NCBI GenBank assembly: GCA_963718615.1
Contig: OY970368.1
Location: forward strand, 4,832,001-4,896,000
Length of the DNA: 64,000 bases
Source of the DNA: an uncultured cyanobacterium
GTDB lineage: Bacteria; Cyanobacteriota; Cyanobacteriia; PCC-9006; JAAUQQ01
Direction: 5' to 3'
Positions 30,201-41,062 of this stretch are shown here, piece after piece. How positions within the stretch are numbered: position 1 is the stretch's first letter; each line of letters begins with the position of its first letter. The notes beneath the pieces are model-generated. The model saw only the letters and a program-made list of their open reading frames with translations. It made no database searches and had not been told where the DNA came from. The translations under genes and the position numbers were made by a program.

Positions 30201-32094
30201 TCAACTGGAAGGTAATATCTCCAGCATCCCCATTCCCGCCTGTATCTGCAAAAATAACAGACGAATTCTGGAGTCTAACGGCATCGCCAACAATCAGAAT
30301 ATCTCCCGCTCTCCCCGTTCCATAAAGCCGTGTTAGCAATTCAGACTTATCCGAAAGGAAGATATCCTTTACTAACAAAGTTAAATCTCCTGCATTTCCC
30401 GTTGCATTAGAATCTGTATTAATCGTTGAATTGTCTCGCATTTCTAAAGAATTTGCGACGAATACTATATCACCTGCTTTTCCCGCTCCATTCTTCAACC
30501 TTGTCGATAAAATTTTGGCACCATTGAATAGATAAATTTCATTTGCTTTAAACCGAATTTCTCCCGAATCTCCTTGGGTATCAGACTGAGTATTTATTCG
30601 TGTCTTATCTAAGATAATACTTGTTCCAAACAACGAAACCATGCCTGCATTGCCAACACCATTAGCAGAAGTATTCACCTCCTTAGCAAGGGCAATATCA
30701 CCACGAGAATCAATAACAACCTGGCCCGCATTGCCAGTAAAGTTGCCAGTGTCCTGATCGGTGTAAATTTCTGAAACACTGATATCTCCTGGCACCAAGG
30801 TGGAGTTTACTTCATATTGATTGGATAGAAAAACTAAGCCATCTGGCGATTTTACTTGTACACGGTTTAGCGTGATACCAGCATCTGTCGGTATCGATGA
30901 AAAGCTTACAGGAGCAGGAGAAAAGCCCAACTCTGTGAGAGAAACAGGCTGGGTTGCCATCGTACCCGATCGGATATCTAACACCGGATGGTTGATACCG
31001 TCAATAGCGACTGGAGTCACTCCATCTGAGAGGGTCACTGTTTCCTGGAGAGCATTGCCTAAAGCATCAGCTCCTGTAATCGTAATATCCCCCGCTGTCA
31101 CCGAGCCTCCCGCCAAGACATGTAGCGAAACCCCTTCATAATTGCCAAAGACCACATCTCCCGCAGCCCTGACGAACGGGTCATTTGGGCTCAATAAATC
31201 TCCTGGTTTCCCTAGTAAGTTCTCAACCTGAAAGGTACCACCGCTAAAGAAATGGGCATCTCCGATGACAGGGTTGGACGATCGCAACACCATCTCCCCA
31301 CCTGAAAACAATCTGCTTGCCGGATCATTGAGTGCAAAAATATCAACCGAATCATTTCCTTGGATCAGCAGCTTGCGGTTGGCGATCGCCACCAACGCCG
31401 AACCCACCCCATCCCGAATCTGCACAGAGTTTCCCAACAAGGTCAGGTCTCGTCCAGCCGATAGCCGACCTTGCAAATCCAGAGAATCTGACACCAATGT
31501 CAGATCCTGCCCCGACAGCAACTGCCCCCGAATCTCTATCACTGAGTTCTGCCGCCCCATCTGTAATCCTGGCTTTATATTCACATTGAGCAAGGGCGGA
31601 CTATCTAGCGCAACGGCACTGAACTCCAGATCCGGCCCAAACGCTAAGGACTCCGCCGTACTGGCCAAAAACGACCCCGCCACATCCAGCCGCGCCCCCG
31701 GCCCAAACACAATCCCATTCGGATTCAGCAAAAACAAATCTGCCGACCCCAACACCCCCAACGTCCCATCAATCCGCGAAACCGAATTTCCTGTAACCCG
31801 GCTAAAAATCTGCTCAATGCCAACAGGATTTGCAAAATAAACCGCCTGCCCCCCCTCCACCCCAAAGGCCTCAAAACTATGAAAGAGGTTTGGCCCCCGG
31901 ACCAGCCCTCCCTCAATCACAGTGATATCGATATTTCCGGTAGGACTCTTTTCCAATCGAGACGCGCCTGTCCCCAAAGTCCCATCCGGCACAATCTGTG
32001 CAGGGCTCATCTCTGCACCTAAACCCAAAATTAAACCGATAGCAATGCTTTTACAGAGTCCTTGCCCGATCAATCGCTGTGCATGATGACCCAT
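27295..32094 (-). CDS. Filamentous haemagglutinin-family (TPS domain) exoprotein with LamG-like insert
   Basis: QIVPDGTL, NLFHSF..F, NPNGIVFG TPS motifs; GNAG/GDI beta-helix repeats; SDIIANA..GDGGRINI and TGRGGIP..P C-terminus. Confidence 0.92.
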   Translation of the reverse strand: MGHHAQRLIGQGLCKSIAIGLILGLGAEMSPAQIVPDGTLGTGASRLEKSPTGNIDITVIEGGLVRGPNLFHSFEAFGVEGGQAVYFANPVGIEQIFSRVTGNSVSRIDGTLGVLGSADLFLLNPNGIVFGPGARLDVAGSFLASTAESLAFGPDLEFSAVALDSPPLLNVNIKPGLQMGRQNSVIEIRGQLLSGQDLTLVSDSLDLQGRLSAGRDLTLLGNSVQIRDGVGSALVAIANRKLLIQGNDSVDIFALNDPASRLFSGGEMVLRSSNPVIGDAHFFSGGTFQVENLLGKPGDLLSPNDPFVRAAGDVVFGNYEGVSLHVLAGGSVTAGDITITGADALGNALQETVTLSDGVTPVAIDGINHPVLDIRSGTMATQPVSLTELGFSPAPVSFSSIPTDAGITLNRVQVKSPDGLVFLSNQYEVNSTLVPGDISVSEIYTDQDTGNFTGNAGQVVIDSRGDIALAKEVNTSANGVGNAGMVSLFGTSIILDKTRINTQSDTQGDSGEIRFKANEIYLFNGAKILSTRLKNGAGKAGDIVFVANSLEMRDNSTINTDSNATGNAGDLTLLVKDIFLSDKSELLTRLYGTGRAGDILIVGDAVRLQNSSVIFADTGGNGDAGDITFQLTGDMLMDNISRVANTGSNQGGRPGSITFNANALTIRNSFVTSRINTKGSNDGIFVYLRENLSIDRGGLFTDARENVNAPGANSGDIRVRAKNIFLDNGGRIQAGSIGLAGGGEIFLDVEDTLRAERSAWILNNAGAGSLGSPKKLEVRARQIEMIQGQISSSTQSSANGGEILLNAETINLRENSQVRTNTSESGNAGNITINAANLLSVIEDSLIFSSVNNGSGNGGDIQIKTPQLTLASGGRVEATTEGIALEPLANELEGLSYAQIVEADNPIAYWKLDDINSTIALDSSGNGVDGTYVGIVNQLIPGVDGTAAKFGITDGKANGTIQIDDSLDLRNTSFIIETWIKPDLDNPPKEQVFFGAHDESTTRNSLHLRLNSNGSVRLGLWGDDLDTPVGVLPFDGQWHHVVAKVIYSRPPFIYRNTTRLEIDGVEAAVGTKGPFEGEPPVAVIGAWEHPLYPQPFKGDIDEVAIYKIPVGPESPDPESDVRLFERHYVAGLLSQGLSSEEIALVSGEARAGNIKIEAEVVNISGVSEKPNERIAFNSALRGVSSGLFSGSERSSSGPGGNIQLKSKILNISDAGALSSTTVSRSNAGNIDVQTEKLSLTNGGQILTSSRGMGNAGKVRLESQSIDLSGMDEQFEQRVLNAGENRVDVDGPLSGIFARATSSGAAGEITVRTTDQLRVKDRAQIAVNATAQGDAGNIVVNSPRIVLDTEGSLSAQTLSSNGGDINLTSDILVLRRGGNVETDAGGSGNGGNIDINTAFLIGLPGENSDIIANAIGGDGGRINITAQTIFNFEQKDGQNRDQLRANRTNDISASSETGTSGTIVLNTPDLDPSRGLFMLPNSLVDPSDRIDRSCAPNSEASRSSFVITGRGGIPLSPDEAFGSPMLINPWIPLPQVSQPGAGLTQSPTVQAQDLSPHKPLIEAQTWIVTPSGQIQLIAEKKSRPLAFSVPCASRGRLANE

Positions 32095-32247
32095 AAATAG
32101 TGCTCCAAAATCCCTATCCGGATTCTAGAACGACTTCCCTTCTCGCAATTCGTTGCTACACAAGTTGAATGAATTCCCTCTGTTATTCGAAAGCCTCGTT
32201 AGACGTGCCAGTTTTAGAGCCGTGGAATTTTATTCAAAATCAAAACA

Positions 32248-32284
32248 CTAGAAAGCCGGACCCAAACTGGATCCGGCCCTCTAG
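32248..32284 (-). terminator. Hairpin downstream of rbcS
   Basis: CTAGA..GCCGGA.CC / GG.TCCGGC..TCTAG stem. Confidence 0.55.
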
Positions 32285-32329
32285 CCTTAGGGAGAATCAA
32301 ACGTTAAGAGGTTTGATCAGAAATAGACC

Positions 32330-32665
32330 TTAGTAACCACGAGTACCGGGCTTATGAACAATAAAGCTCATAACCTGGCACTGCTTGATGTTGTCGAAAC
32401 CCACTACGCGGATATAAGCGCTGGGGTACTCGGTGCGGCACTCGCGCACTTCGTTCAGCACTTGTTGAGTCGAAGAACAATCGAAGAAAGGCAGCTTCCA
32501 CATCGTCCAGTAGTGCTCTTCCGGACCGGTGGTTTCGCTAAATTCCAAGCCAGGGATAAAGCCTTGCTCGACCATGTAGTCAATCTGACGATTGATTTGT
32601 TGATCAGAGAGGGGAGGCAGGTAGGAAAAAGTTTCGTAGCGACGCTCTTGTGGCAGAGTTTTCAT
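32330..32665 (-). CDS. rbcS: RuBisCO small subunit
   Basis: [34 protein letters not shown]. Confidence 0.98.
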   Translation of the reverse strand: MKTLPQERRYETFSYLPPLSDQQINRQIDYMVEQGFIPGLEFSETTGPEEHYWTMWKLPFFDCSSTQQVLNEVRECRTEYPSAYIRVVGFDNIKQCQVMSFIVHKPGTRGY

Positions 32666-32783
32666 GGTGAAAAATCCTTATGTTACGGGTCAAACAATTG
32701 AAGAAGGAGGCAACAGGTAATAGATGATGGGTTATGGGCCTAAAACGATACCCATTTCCCAGACGCCTATTACCCAGATCAGC

Positions 32784-34196
32784 TTAGATCTTATCCATCG
32801 CTTCGAATTCGAACTTGATTTCCTTCCACAGTTCGCAAGCCACAGCCAGCTCAGGGCTCCACTTGCAAGCTTCGCGGATGATGTCACCACCTTCACGCAT
32901 GAGGTCGCGACCTTCGTTACGGCCTTGGAGACAAGCTTCAAGGGCAACGCGGTTAGCAGTTGCACCAGGAGCATTCCCCCAAGGGTGACCCGCAGTACCA
33001 CCACCGAACTGGAGGCAGGAATCGTCGCCGAAGATTTCCACCAACGCAGGCATGTGCCAAACGTGAATACCACCAGAAGCAACCGGCATCGTACCGGGCA
33101 TGGACGCGTAGTCCTGGGTGAAGAAAATACCGCGTGAGCGATCTTCTTCCACATGGTCTTCGCGCATCAGGTCAACAAAGCCCATGGTGATGCCTTTTTC
33201 ACCTTCGAGCTTACCCACAACGGTACCGGAGTGGAGGTGGTCACCGCCGGAGAGGCGCAGGCACTTAGCCAATACACGGAAGTGAATACCATGGTTGCGC
33301 TGACGGTCAACTACAGCGTGCATCGCGCGGTGAATGTGCAACAGCAAGCCGTTGTCACGACACCACTTGGACAGGGTGGTGTTGGCGGTGAAACCAGCGG
33401 TGAAGAAGTCATGCATGATGATCGGGGTGCCAATCTCCTTGGCAAACTCAGCCCGCTTCATCATCTCTTCGCAGGTGCCTGCGGTGACGTTGAGGTAGTG
33501 ACCCTTAACTTCGCCGGTTTCTGCTTGGGCTTTTTCGATAGCTTCTTGGACGAAGAGGAAGCGATCGCGCCAGCGCATAAAGGGCTGAGAGTTGATGTTC
33601 TCGTCATCTTTGGTGAAGTCAAGACCACCACGCAGGGCTTCGTAAACCGCACGACCGTAGTTCTTGGCGGAGAGGCCCAATTTCGGCTTGATGGTACAAC
33701 CCAACAGAGGACGACCGTACTTGTTGAGCTTGTCACGCTCAACGGTGATGCCGTGGGGCGGTCCGGGGAAGGTCTTGATCAGTGCGATGGGGAAACGAAT
33801 GTCTTCCAACCGCAGAGCCCGCAGGGCCTTAAAACCAAACACGTTACCCACCAAAGAGGTGAGGACGTTGGTGATCGAACCTTCTTCAAATAGATCCAAA
33901 GGATAGGCAATGAAGCAGAAGTACTGGTTGTCTTCACCAGGCACGGGCTCCACTGCATAACAACGACCCTTGTAGCGGTCCAGGTCGGTCAGCAGATCGG
34001 TCCAGACCGTGGTCCAAGTACCGGTGGAAGACTCAGCAGCTACAGCAGCAGCAGCTTCTTCAGCAGGAACGCCGGGCTGCGGGGTCATGCGGAAGCATGC
34101 CAACAGATCGGTATCCTTGGGGGTGTATTCGGGTGTGTAGTAAGTCAGCCGGTAGTCCTGTACCCCAGCGTTATAGCCCTTCGTTTGTACGGCCAT
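32784..34196 (-). CDS. rbcL: RuBisCO large subunit (form IB)
   Basis: [41 protein letters not shown]. Confidence 0.99.
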   Translation of the reverse strand: MAVQTKGYNAGVQDYRLTYYTPEYTPKDTDLLACFRMTPQPGVPAEEAAAAVAAESSTGTWTTVWTDLLTDLDRYKGRCYAVEPVPGEDNQYFCFIAYPLDLFEEGSITNVLTSLVGNVFGFKALRALRLEDIRFPIALIKTFPGPPHGITVERDKLNKYGRPLLGCTIKPKLGLSAKNYGRAVYEALRGGLDFTKDDENINSQPFMRWRDRFLFVQEAIEKAQAETGEVKGHYLNVTAGTCEEMMKRAEFAKEIGTPIIMHDFFTAGFTANTTLSKWCRDNGLLLHIHRAMHAVVDRQRNHGIHFRVLAKCLRLSGGDHLHSGTVVGKLEGEKGITMGFVDLMREDHVEEDRSRGIFFTQDYASMPGTMPVASGGIHVWHMPALVEIFGDDSCLQFGGGTAGHPWGNAPGATANRVALEACLQGRNEGRDLMREGGDIIREACKWSPELAVACELWKEIKFEFEAMDKI

Positions 34197-34794
34197 CGTT
34201 ATGGTTTCTCCCTAAATTCACAAATTCAGACCTCTGCAACCACTGGAGCTTAAACACAAAGACTCCCTTAGACCTAACTGCTTTAGACCTAACCGCTTTA
34301 GAGCTAATCAAAGGACTAATCAGTGGGCAGAATTCAGATGAAACGAACAGCAGTGCTGTCGTTATCGAACCTCTTTGCTAGATCAATCTATCATGCGGTG
34401 GGTCATCTATAGCTACGATTTTCTTGGCTCTACCGATAGGTTTTGCTTAACTATTCGAGCATCGAGAATTTGGGCAAGAAAGAGTGGCTACTTGCGACGT
34501 TGTTTCGGTCTGTAACGCGCTGTGACGCGGACCATGAAACGTCACTCCTTAGATTAAGAATGCACAAAATGACCCGGCGGGAATCCTTTGACCTCCGGGT
34601 TCTGACAGAATTGTGAGTAGCGCAAAAGGGGACATTGGACTGAATTTAGCGATCGCCAAATTCAAGTCTATGTTCAAAGCGATGATGCAGATTCTGCGAT
34701 CGCCAAATCCCTAAATTCAAGCCATCGCAATTGACTCAAAAAAATGACTCAAAAAAACCTCAGTTGTGCATCTCTCCCTGCGCCGAATTTCGCA

Positions 34795-35760
34795 TCAGGA
34801 TTCCTCATCAGAATCGTCAGCCGCTTCCAATCGCAAGGGTTGGGGTTTCAACGCAGAGTCTTCAGCTTCGGATAACTCCAACGGCATCGCTTGAACCTGA
34901 CGTTCGACCCGCCGCCGATTGGGCAATTCCACCGGTACCCGCTCCAGCTCCGGCAAAGCCAAAGGCTGTCGCTGTTCTTCGATGGTTTTCGCGGATTCTG
35001 CCACAGTTTCGGGCAATTCTAAAACCTGCTGGGTTTCTTCCTCTGCTTGGGGCTGAATGAGATGCTTCGGTTTGGGCATCACCTTCATCAGATCATCCAA
35101 CGGACGAGGAATCACCATAATGGCATGCAGATCACCGATGCGTTCAGCCTCTTGCATCCCCGCTTCCACTGCCATCGTGATATCGGCGATCGGCCCCTGC
35201 AAAACCGCTGTACACAAACCGCTGCCCGTGGTTTCGTAGGTAATCAGCTCCACATTGGCACATTTCATCGCCGCATCCGCAGCCCCGACCATGGCCGGAA
35301 ACCCTTTGGTTTCAATCAGGCCGATCGCCCCCCGCGTATCAAAATCTCCGGCTCGCTCCAGATAGCCTGCAAACTGATCGCTAATGGGCAAAACCACTTC
35401 CAAATTAGGCAGCGGTCTGGGCAACATCATGCTCGATACATATTGATCGAACTGCTTAGCCGTTTGAATTCCGGTTTCCACCGCCAACTTGACATCCGCA
35501 TAGCCACCGCGTACTACCGCCGTGCAATAACCACTCCCGGTTTTTTCATACCCCACTAGCGTTACGCCGGAAGACTTCAACATCATGTCCGCTGTTCCGA
35601 CTACCGCAGGAAAACTGCGGGTGCAAACTAGACCCAGGGCTGTTTGCTTGCGAGGGACCCGTGCCAGGGGTGCCTTGAGAGAGAGTTCTCCTTTCCGACT
35701 CGCAGGATTGGGGGTTGAACTCGCCGATGACAGGGCGATTTGACGTGGTTGCTCAGACAC
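34795..35760 (-). CDS. ccmO: Carboxysome shell protein CcmO (tandem BMC)
   Basis: ALGLVCTRSFPAVVGTADMMLKS and second BMC domain IGLIETKGFPAMVGAAD. Confidence 0.93.
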   Translation of the reverse strand: MSEQPRQIALSSASSTPNPASRKGELSLKAPLARVPRKQTALGLVCTRSFPAVVGTADMMLKSSGVTLVGYEKTGSGYCTAVVRGGYADVKLAVETGIQTAKQFDQYVSSMMLPRPLPNLEVVLPISDQFAGYLERAGDFDTRGAIGLIETKGFPAMVGAADAAMKCANVELITYETTGSGLCTAVLQGPIADITMAVEAGMQEAERIGDLHAIMVIPRPLDDLMKVMPKPKHLIQPQAEEETQQVLELPETVAESAKTIEEQRQPLALPELERVPVELPNRRRVERQVQAMPLELSEAEDSALKPQPLRLEAADDSDEES

Positions 35761-35853
35761 GAGGGGTCCTCCAGTGGAGTGACGCAGGATTGGGCAGAGA
35801 AGAATCGTCTAGTAGGTGAGTTCGCGTCATCTCGATCCCCACAGACAACCCAG

Positions 35854-36549
35854 TTAATTTGGCCCAAACAGAATGCGCATACGCTCAAACTGCTCTTTAC
35901 CGTAAATTTTTGGGGGTGGCTTGGGTCGGGGGGGCGGTTCGCTCGGATTCGTTGGCTCTTCTTCTATTGTAGAAGGTTCAGGAGGGACCACCGACGGGGA
36001 TTGGGGGGCGGAGGTTGAAGGGACTGATCCGGGTCGGGTAGGGTTGGATTCTGCGGGGACGGCTTCATCCCAGGGCGAGGGGTCGAGATCTGGGCGATCG
36101 CCCCCATCTCTCTCCGATACCGGCCTAGCTTCACCGTTTTGCCCAGCTTTTTGTCCACCATCTTGCCCAACGTTTCGTTGACCCCCCTCAGCAACCGTTC
36201 GTCCCGTTTCCCCCAGCAGCGAACCTGGCGGCAGAATTTGCCCCGGTGCCACAGAAGCATTGTGCAGCGTAGTCGAAGACCCCACACAGGCTTGGGTGCC
36301 GATGCGGCAGTTGCCCACTACCAGCACCCCCGCCCCGAGGGATGCCCCTGCCTCAATGACAATCTGCCCTTGATGAGCATGCAACACAGACCCCAAACCC
36401 AAACAGACTCCGGCCCCAATCACAATGCTGCTCATGGGATCGGCCTTGAGGACCACACCGGGTGCAATGACAGCATCCGGGGCGATCGCGACTTCACCAC
36501 TGGTGTAGTAACTGGGGCTAAACGGTGACTGCAACGGTGGAAGGTGCAT
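35854..36549 (-). CDS. ccmN: Carboxysome assembly protein CcmN
   Basis: Hexapeptide repeats, Pro-rich linker, encapsulation peptide IYGKEQFERMRILF. Confidence 0.93.
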   Translation of the reverse strand: MHLPPLQSPFSPSYYTSGEVAIAPDAVIAPGVVLKADPMSSIVIGAGVCLGLGSVLHAHQGQIVIEAGASLGAGVLVVGNCRIGTQACVGSSTTLHNASVAPGQILPPGSLLGETGRTVAEGGQRNVGQDGGQKAGQNGEARPVSERDGGDRPDLDPSPWDEAVPAESNPTRPGSVPSTSAPQSPSVVPPEPSTIEEEPTNPSEPPPRPKPPPKIYGKEQFERMRILFGPN

Positions 36550-36557
36550 GAATGCAT

Positions 36558-38213
36558 CTAAGGCCGATGGATGATGGCTTCACTAACTCGTCGGCGAGCC
36601 TTGGGGTCTACCCCAATCAAGCGAACATACTCCCGCTGATGATCATTCAAGTAGCCTTCGAGCTGAGCAATCACCTGAGATTCGCTAGAGGCATGGATAG
36701 AGGGCAAACTCTTCCAAGAGCCTGTCTTAAAGCGACGTTGGCTAGCATACTCCGCACCGATCACACAGCCTTGGTTCAGCAAACTTCGGACCTGAGAGGC
36801 CACATCGCCTCCCAGCTTACCCGAGGAGCCAAACCCAGCACCTGCCGCAAAGCCAGCTTTGCCATTGCCGTTGCTGTAGTGACCATTGGTATTGGGGACT
36901 GCATAGCTCGCCGAGGGCGAAACTTCTGTCACCGGCCCATCCGGGCGCTGGACCAAAATCTCAGCCACCCGTCGTCGGGCCACCTTATCCACCGCAATCA
37001 CCCGGACATATTCACCCGTGTTGGCATCCATGACCCGCTGAACTTCGGCGATCGCCTGCTGCGGATTGCTCGCCTGAATGCCAGCCCCCGTCAACCAGGA
37101 ACTCGTCTTAAAGCGCCGAGCATTTGCATGCTCCGTCGTCAAGCGAAAGCCTTGGCTCGCAAAATCTCGCACCTGGTCCATCCAGCCGCCCCCACCGCCA
37201 TTGCCATTCACATTGGCGTAGTTGCTCTTGCGACCGGAGGCCGACGGAGCCGACGGCGATAGGACCACAGGCTTTCCATCCGGACGTTGGATCAGCTTCT
37301 CCAGAACCCGACGACGGGCTTGGGTATCAATCCCCAACAGCCGCACATACTCACCCTCATGTTCCTGCATACAAGCTTCCAGTTCCGCCAAAACCTGGGT
37401 TTCAGAGCGAGACTGGATGGGCTGGCAACTCTGCCAGGAACTGGTTCGGAAACGACGCGAGTTGGCATGTTCCGTACCAATTTGAAAGCCCTGGCTCAGT
37501 AAACTACGAACCTGGGCGACGATTTCGGGGCTCAGTTGCCCATGACCATTTCTCATCTCTCCATTCCCATTCAATGACGCTTCTTGATCGTTCTGGCTGC
37601 GCAGGGGCAACATACAGCTTTGGTCCGCTGCACCGTGATAACCCGCTCGCAGTGCTTCGTTGATACTCACCACATGGCGAGCAAAAGCCTGATCCTCAGG
37701 CCGAACATCCGGTAGGCGATCGGCCTGCTGTTGATTGGTAATCACCGCTCCCGACGGCACATATTTGCCGGGTGGAATCTCAACGTCCTGAATCAGAGCA
37801 TGCATCATGACAATGCAACCCGCCCCAACCCGAGCATTGAACACCGTAGAGCGAAATCCAACAAAACAGTCTTGCCCCACATAGGCCGGTCCATGGACCA
37901 ATGCCTTATGGGTGACCGACGACCGAGGTCCAATCCAAACCGAATAGTCCCGTTGGTCATCCCCCAGCACCCGCCCCTGCGCTAAACCATGGATCACCAC
38001 GCCGTCTTGAATATTGACTGCTTCGCCAATATAAAACGGACTGCCCTCATCGGCCCGGATCGAAGTTCCCGGCGCAATCAGGACATGGGGGCCAATCGTC
38101 ACATCGCCAATAATGTTAGAGAACGAGTGAACATAGGCAGACTCATGGATTTTGGGCTCCGCCAACGTCTTGGACCAAGGCGTGGGTGGAGCAGCAAAGG
38201 TTTGAACCACCAC
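36558..38213 (-). CDS. ccmM: Carboxysome protein CcmM (gamma-CA domain plus three RbcS-like domains)
   Basis: GTG start with GGAGG RBS; [23 protein letters not shown]; three RRF(R/K)TxSW...EYVR repeats. Confidence 0.95.
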   Translation of the reverse strand: MVVQTFAAPPTPWSKTLAEPKIHESAYVHSFSNIIGDVTIGPHVLIAPGTSIRADEGSPFYIGEAVNIQDGVVIHGLAQGRVLGDDQRDYSVWIGPRSSVTHKALVHGPAYVGQDCFVGFRSTVFNARVGAGCIVMMHALIQDVEIPPGKYVPSGAVITNQQQADRLPDVRPEDQAFARHVVSINEALRAGYHGAADQSCMLPLRSQNDQEASLNGNGEMRNGHGQLSPEIVAQVRSLLSQGFQIGTEHANSRRFRTSSWQSCQPIQSRSETQVLAELEACMQEHEGEYVRLLGIDTQARRRVLEKLIQRPDGKPVVLSPSAPSASGRKSNYANVNGNGGGGGWMDQVRDFASQGFRLTTEHANARRFKTSSWLTGAGIQASNPQQAIAEVQRVMDANTGEYVRVIAVDKVARRRVAEILVQRPDGPVTEVSPSASYAVPNTNGHYSNGNGKAGFAAGAGFGSSGKLGGDVASQVRSLLNQGCVIGAEYASQRRFKTGSWKSLPSIHASSESQVIAQLEGYLNDHQREYVRLIGVDPKARRRVSEAIIHRP

Positions 38214-38342
38214 AGAAGGGTTCCTCCGCGACAATGTCTGCACAGTGGAATAAAACAGTGGAATAAAAGCGGGTGAGAGAAAACTAGGCAAGTCAACGCT
38301 TGCAATGCTTGATGAGGTGTTAGAGTCCCTCAACGATCGCCA

Positions 38343-38642
38343 CTAGTAATCGTCTTTTTTGCTGTAAACCGAGCGATTGTTGACATTAACCGTGTCGATA
38401 ATCGCAATCACAGCCGCATCAACGGGTTTCGTGCCACAGTCGCGAACATGGCGAGCCTGACTCCCCCGACTCACCAGAACCCATTCATCGATACCGGCAC
38501 CAACGGTATCTGCTGCAACTTCGTACTCCGGCAGGGGGTTGCCTGCTTCGTCCATGAATTGCAGCATCAGGAATTTAACCCCTTGAAGGCTAGGTTCCTT
38601 GTAGGTGCTAACAACCGTGCCACGAACTTTTGCGATTCGCAT
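38343..38642 (-). CDS. ccmL: Carboxysome vertex protein CcmL
   Basis: MRIAKVRGTVVST.K, YEVAAD.VGAG..EWVLVSRGS. Confidence 0.96.
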   Translation of the reverse strand: MRIAKVRGTVVSTYKEPSLQGVKFLMLQFMDEAGNPLPEYEVAADTVGAGIDEWVLVSRGSQARHVRDCGTKPVDAAVIAIIDTVNVNNRSVYSKKDDY

Positions 38643-38778
38643 GAAACCTAAAGATAAATCTCTGAAACGTTTTGGGAAAACCCCAGTCAATTGGTTTGAA
38701 CCCAAAACATTGGACTGAGGATAGAGAAACCTAAGCACGCTATGACCTAACAGTCCCTATCCTCAAGGGGTTTCAGAC

Positions 38779-39087
38779 TTACATGCGGAACTGCTCAACC
38801 GCTTCGGTGTAGCGAATGGGCAGAACATACTCCAGGTTCTCGTGGGGACGAGCAATGATGTGGTGAGACAGAACTTCACCACCGGCAACCCGCTTGGCGG
38901 AGTCGAGGCCTGCGGAGACAGAGGCCTGAACCTCAGACACATCACCGCGCACGATGACGGTGACACGGCCACTCCCAATCTTTTCGTAGCCAACCAGGGT
39001 CACGCGGGCAGCTTTAACCATGGCGTCAGCAGCTTCCACAACAGCAGGGAAACCGAGGGTTTCAATCATTCCTACGGCAATCGGCAT
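38779..39087 (-). CDS. ccmK: Carboxysome shell protein CcmK2
   Basis: [29 protein letters not shown] ... [23 protein letters not shown]. Confidence 0.98.
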   Translation of the reverse strand: MPIAVGMIETLGFPAVVEAADAMVKAARVTLVGYEKIGSGRVTVIVRGDVSEVQASVSAGLDSAKRVAGGEVLSHHIIARPHENLEYVLPIRYTEAVEQFRM

Positions 39088-39912
39088 AGTTCCAGTCCTT
39101 AGTGCAGCTTGCTTAATTTCTAAAAAGATTGAGTGTGAAGTCCGAATCGTCCTGACACCTAACAGCGGTTAAGCGGTCAAAGAAATATTTCTGATTCCTG
39201 CAATCTTTATAAAATTCAGCATAAATTGGCGGGGGTCTATTGCCAACATTGATCTTGATGGTGATTTTCGATTGAAACAATCAGTAAAACTAATCACTCA
39301 CCCCAAGATGATTTGTCGTGCCAATCAATGAGGCGATCGCGAGCGTTTTGTCAAGTCCAATACCGATTATTCTTAATTGACTCAGAATCCCTCAGGGGGA
39401 TGATCGCTCTAGAGAAGCCAAAGCTCAGGTTTGATCAAGGACTCAGGCTCTTGAGGTCATGCAATTCTAGGGCCATTTGTCGTGCCAACGTCCTGCGACC
39501 TCAGTCAGTGGCATAGGTTGGCCCTATACGGAGAGACCCCCAGCGCGGATATAGCTCAAACTTATTGCTGAGGGGTTTCTCCCCCTAAATCCAGGATGAG
39601 TTGTCTGGTCTGAGCACCCACAGGCTACTGTCAGAAATGCCATTCATGCCTTAACTGGCAAGGATTACAACGATCTAGCTCTGCTCTCACCAGTCCAATA
39701 GGCAAGCATCCGAAAAAGTTATTAAAAATTATCATTGAGGAGAGCAGGCGATCGCAGTCTTTAACTTTTCATTACTATTGCTGACCATAAAGCCAGTTCT
39801 GACCATACAGATTTAGGCATAGAGATTTCCGGATTTCCGATACATCAGAGCGAGATTTCCGGAATGCGATCGCCTCCGCCTGTTGATTACCCTAGAAAGC
39901 AGGAGCAATGTT

Positions 39913-40164
39913 ATGGCACAGCGTTTGAAACGGTGGGAGTCCCCACGCGAGTCGGGACGCAATGAAAAAGGCCGAGGGGGATCTGCTCGGCAACGGCAAC
40001 TCAAGAAACAGCACAAACTTTTGGTGAAGCGATTGCGTCAGCAGTCCCAAGCCCAAGAGAAGCAGGCGAAGGATGGCGATCGCCCCCCCGGCCCATCGAG
40101 CAATCCAATCCAAGACAAATCAGGAACAGAAAAGGGAAAGGTCATGAACCTTTCCCTTTTTTAA
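39913..40164 (+). CDS. Small basic hypothetical protein
   Basis: AGGAG RBS then MAQRLKRWESPRESGRNEKGRGGSARQRQ; hairpin AAAAGGGAAAGGT/ACCTTTCCCTTTT at the 3' end. Confidence 0.6.
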   Translation: MAQRLKRWESPRESGRNEKGRGGSARQRQLKKQHKLLVKRLRQQSQAQEKQAKDGDRPPGPSSNPIQDKSGTEKGKVMNLSLF

Positions 40165-40225
40165 TTGGCCTACAAGGGATTAATTGGCTTCAAACCATCA
40201 TTGCCCCTAAATCATTGCCCCTAAA

Positions 40226-40657
40226 TTAATCACCACCCACGTTGAGATTGGTTCCATAAATTTCAGCATTGGTCAGGATAATGTTAGGAAACACTGCCCC
40301 TTCAACCTGAGCATGATAAAGTTTCGCACTCGTTAAATTGACATTGGCCAAGCGGGTATCCATCAAACTGGCGTTGGTCAAAAACGCACCCGTTAAATTC
40401 GCACCCGTTAAATCGGCTCCGGTAAAATCTGCACCTTCCAGCATCGATTCACTCAGGTCGGCCCCACGCAAATTCGCCTCTCGTAAATCAGCACCCAGGG
40501 CATGGATCCCGCGTAAATTTGCCCCTGACAAATCACAACCCGCACAGAGACCCGTGTTAATCAACTGCTCAACATGGGCAGGGTTTTCAGCCTTTGCGGG
40601 TGCCATCCAAAGGAAGGGCATTAACACCAATAGGGTGGTTAGAAGTCTAGTTTTCAT
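40226..40657 (-). CDS. Pentapeptide repeat protein with signal peptide
   Basis: AKAENP..VEQL..T..C.GCDLSGANL, A(D/N)LxG repeats. Confidence 0.92.
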   Translation of the reverse strand: MKTRLLTTLLVLMPFLWMAPAKAENPAHVEQLINTGLCAGCDLSGANLRGIHALGADLREANLRGADLSESMLEGADFTGADLTGANLTGAFLTNASLMDTRLANVNLTSAKLYHAQVEGAVFPNIILTNAEIYGTNLNVGGD

Positions 40658-41062
40658 AACGCTGCTCTACTCCCATATGACGGTACAGCGCTTTTCCTGT
40701 ACCTCTACTATCTCACTCACACTTAGCGATATAGATTTCGCAAGATCTTTCTTAATGTTCTAAAAAGTTTACGAAGATCTACCGAGGCAGTCCTATCCCC
40801 TGTCCCTAGGGCTAGCATTCCCGAGATGACGTTTTGGATTACTAGGCGATCGCTCCCCTAAGAAAGAAAAAAGCATCCTCCCCAAGCCATATTTTTTGTG
40901 ATGAATATTTGTTTTTCTTGATGTTTTTGTCAGACTGGAAGAACAAAGCCTTTAAAGACAGATCTAAAAACCGGATTTAAAAAACCGGATCTAAAAAACT
41001 AGATCTAGCCTGGATCTAAAAACTCAATCCATCATTCGCGCTATCGTTCACGCAAAGTCCCC

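Noticed and set aside
33153-33893. 246-aa ORF antisense to rbcL and similar shadow ORFs
   Set aside because: Expected from codon bias of highly expressed genes; no recognisable motifs.
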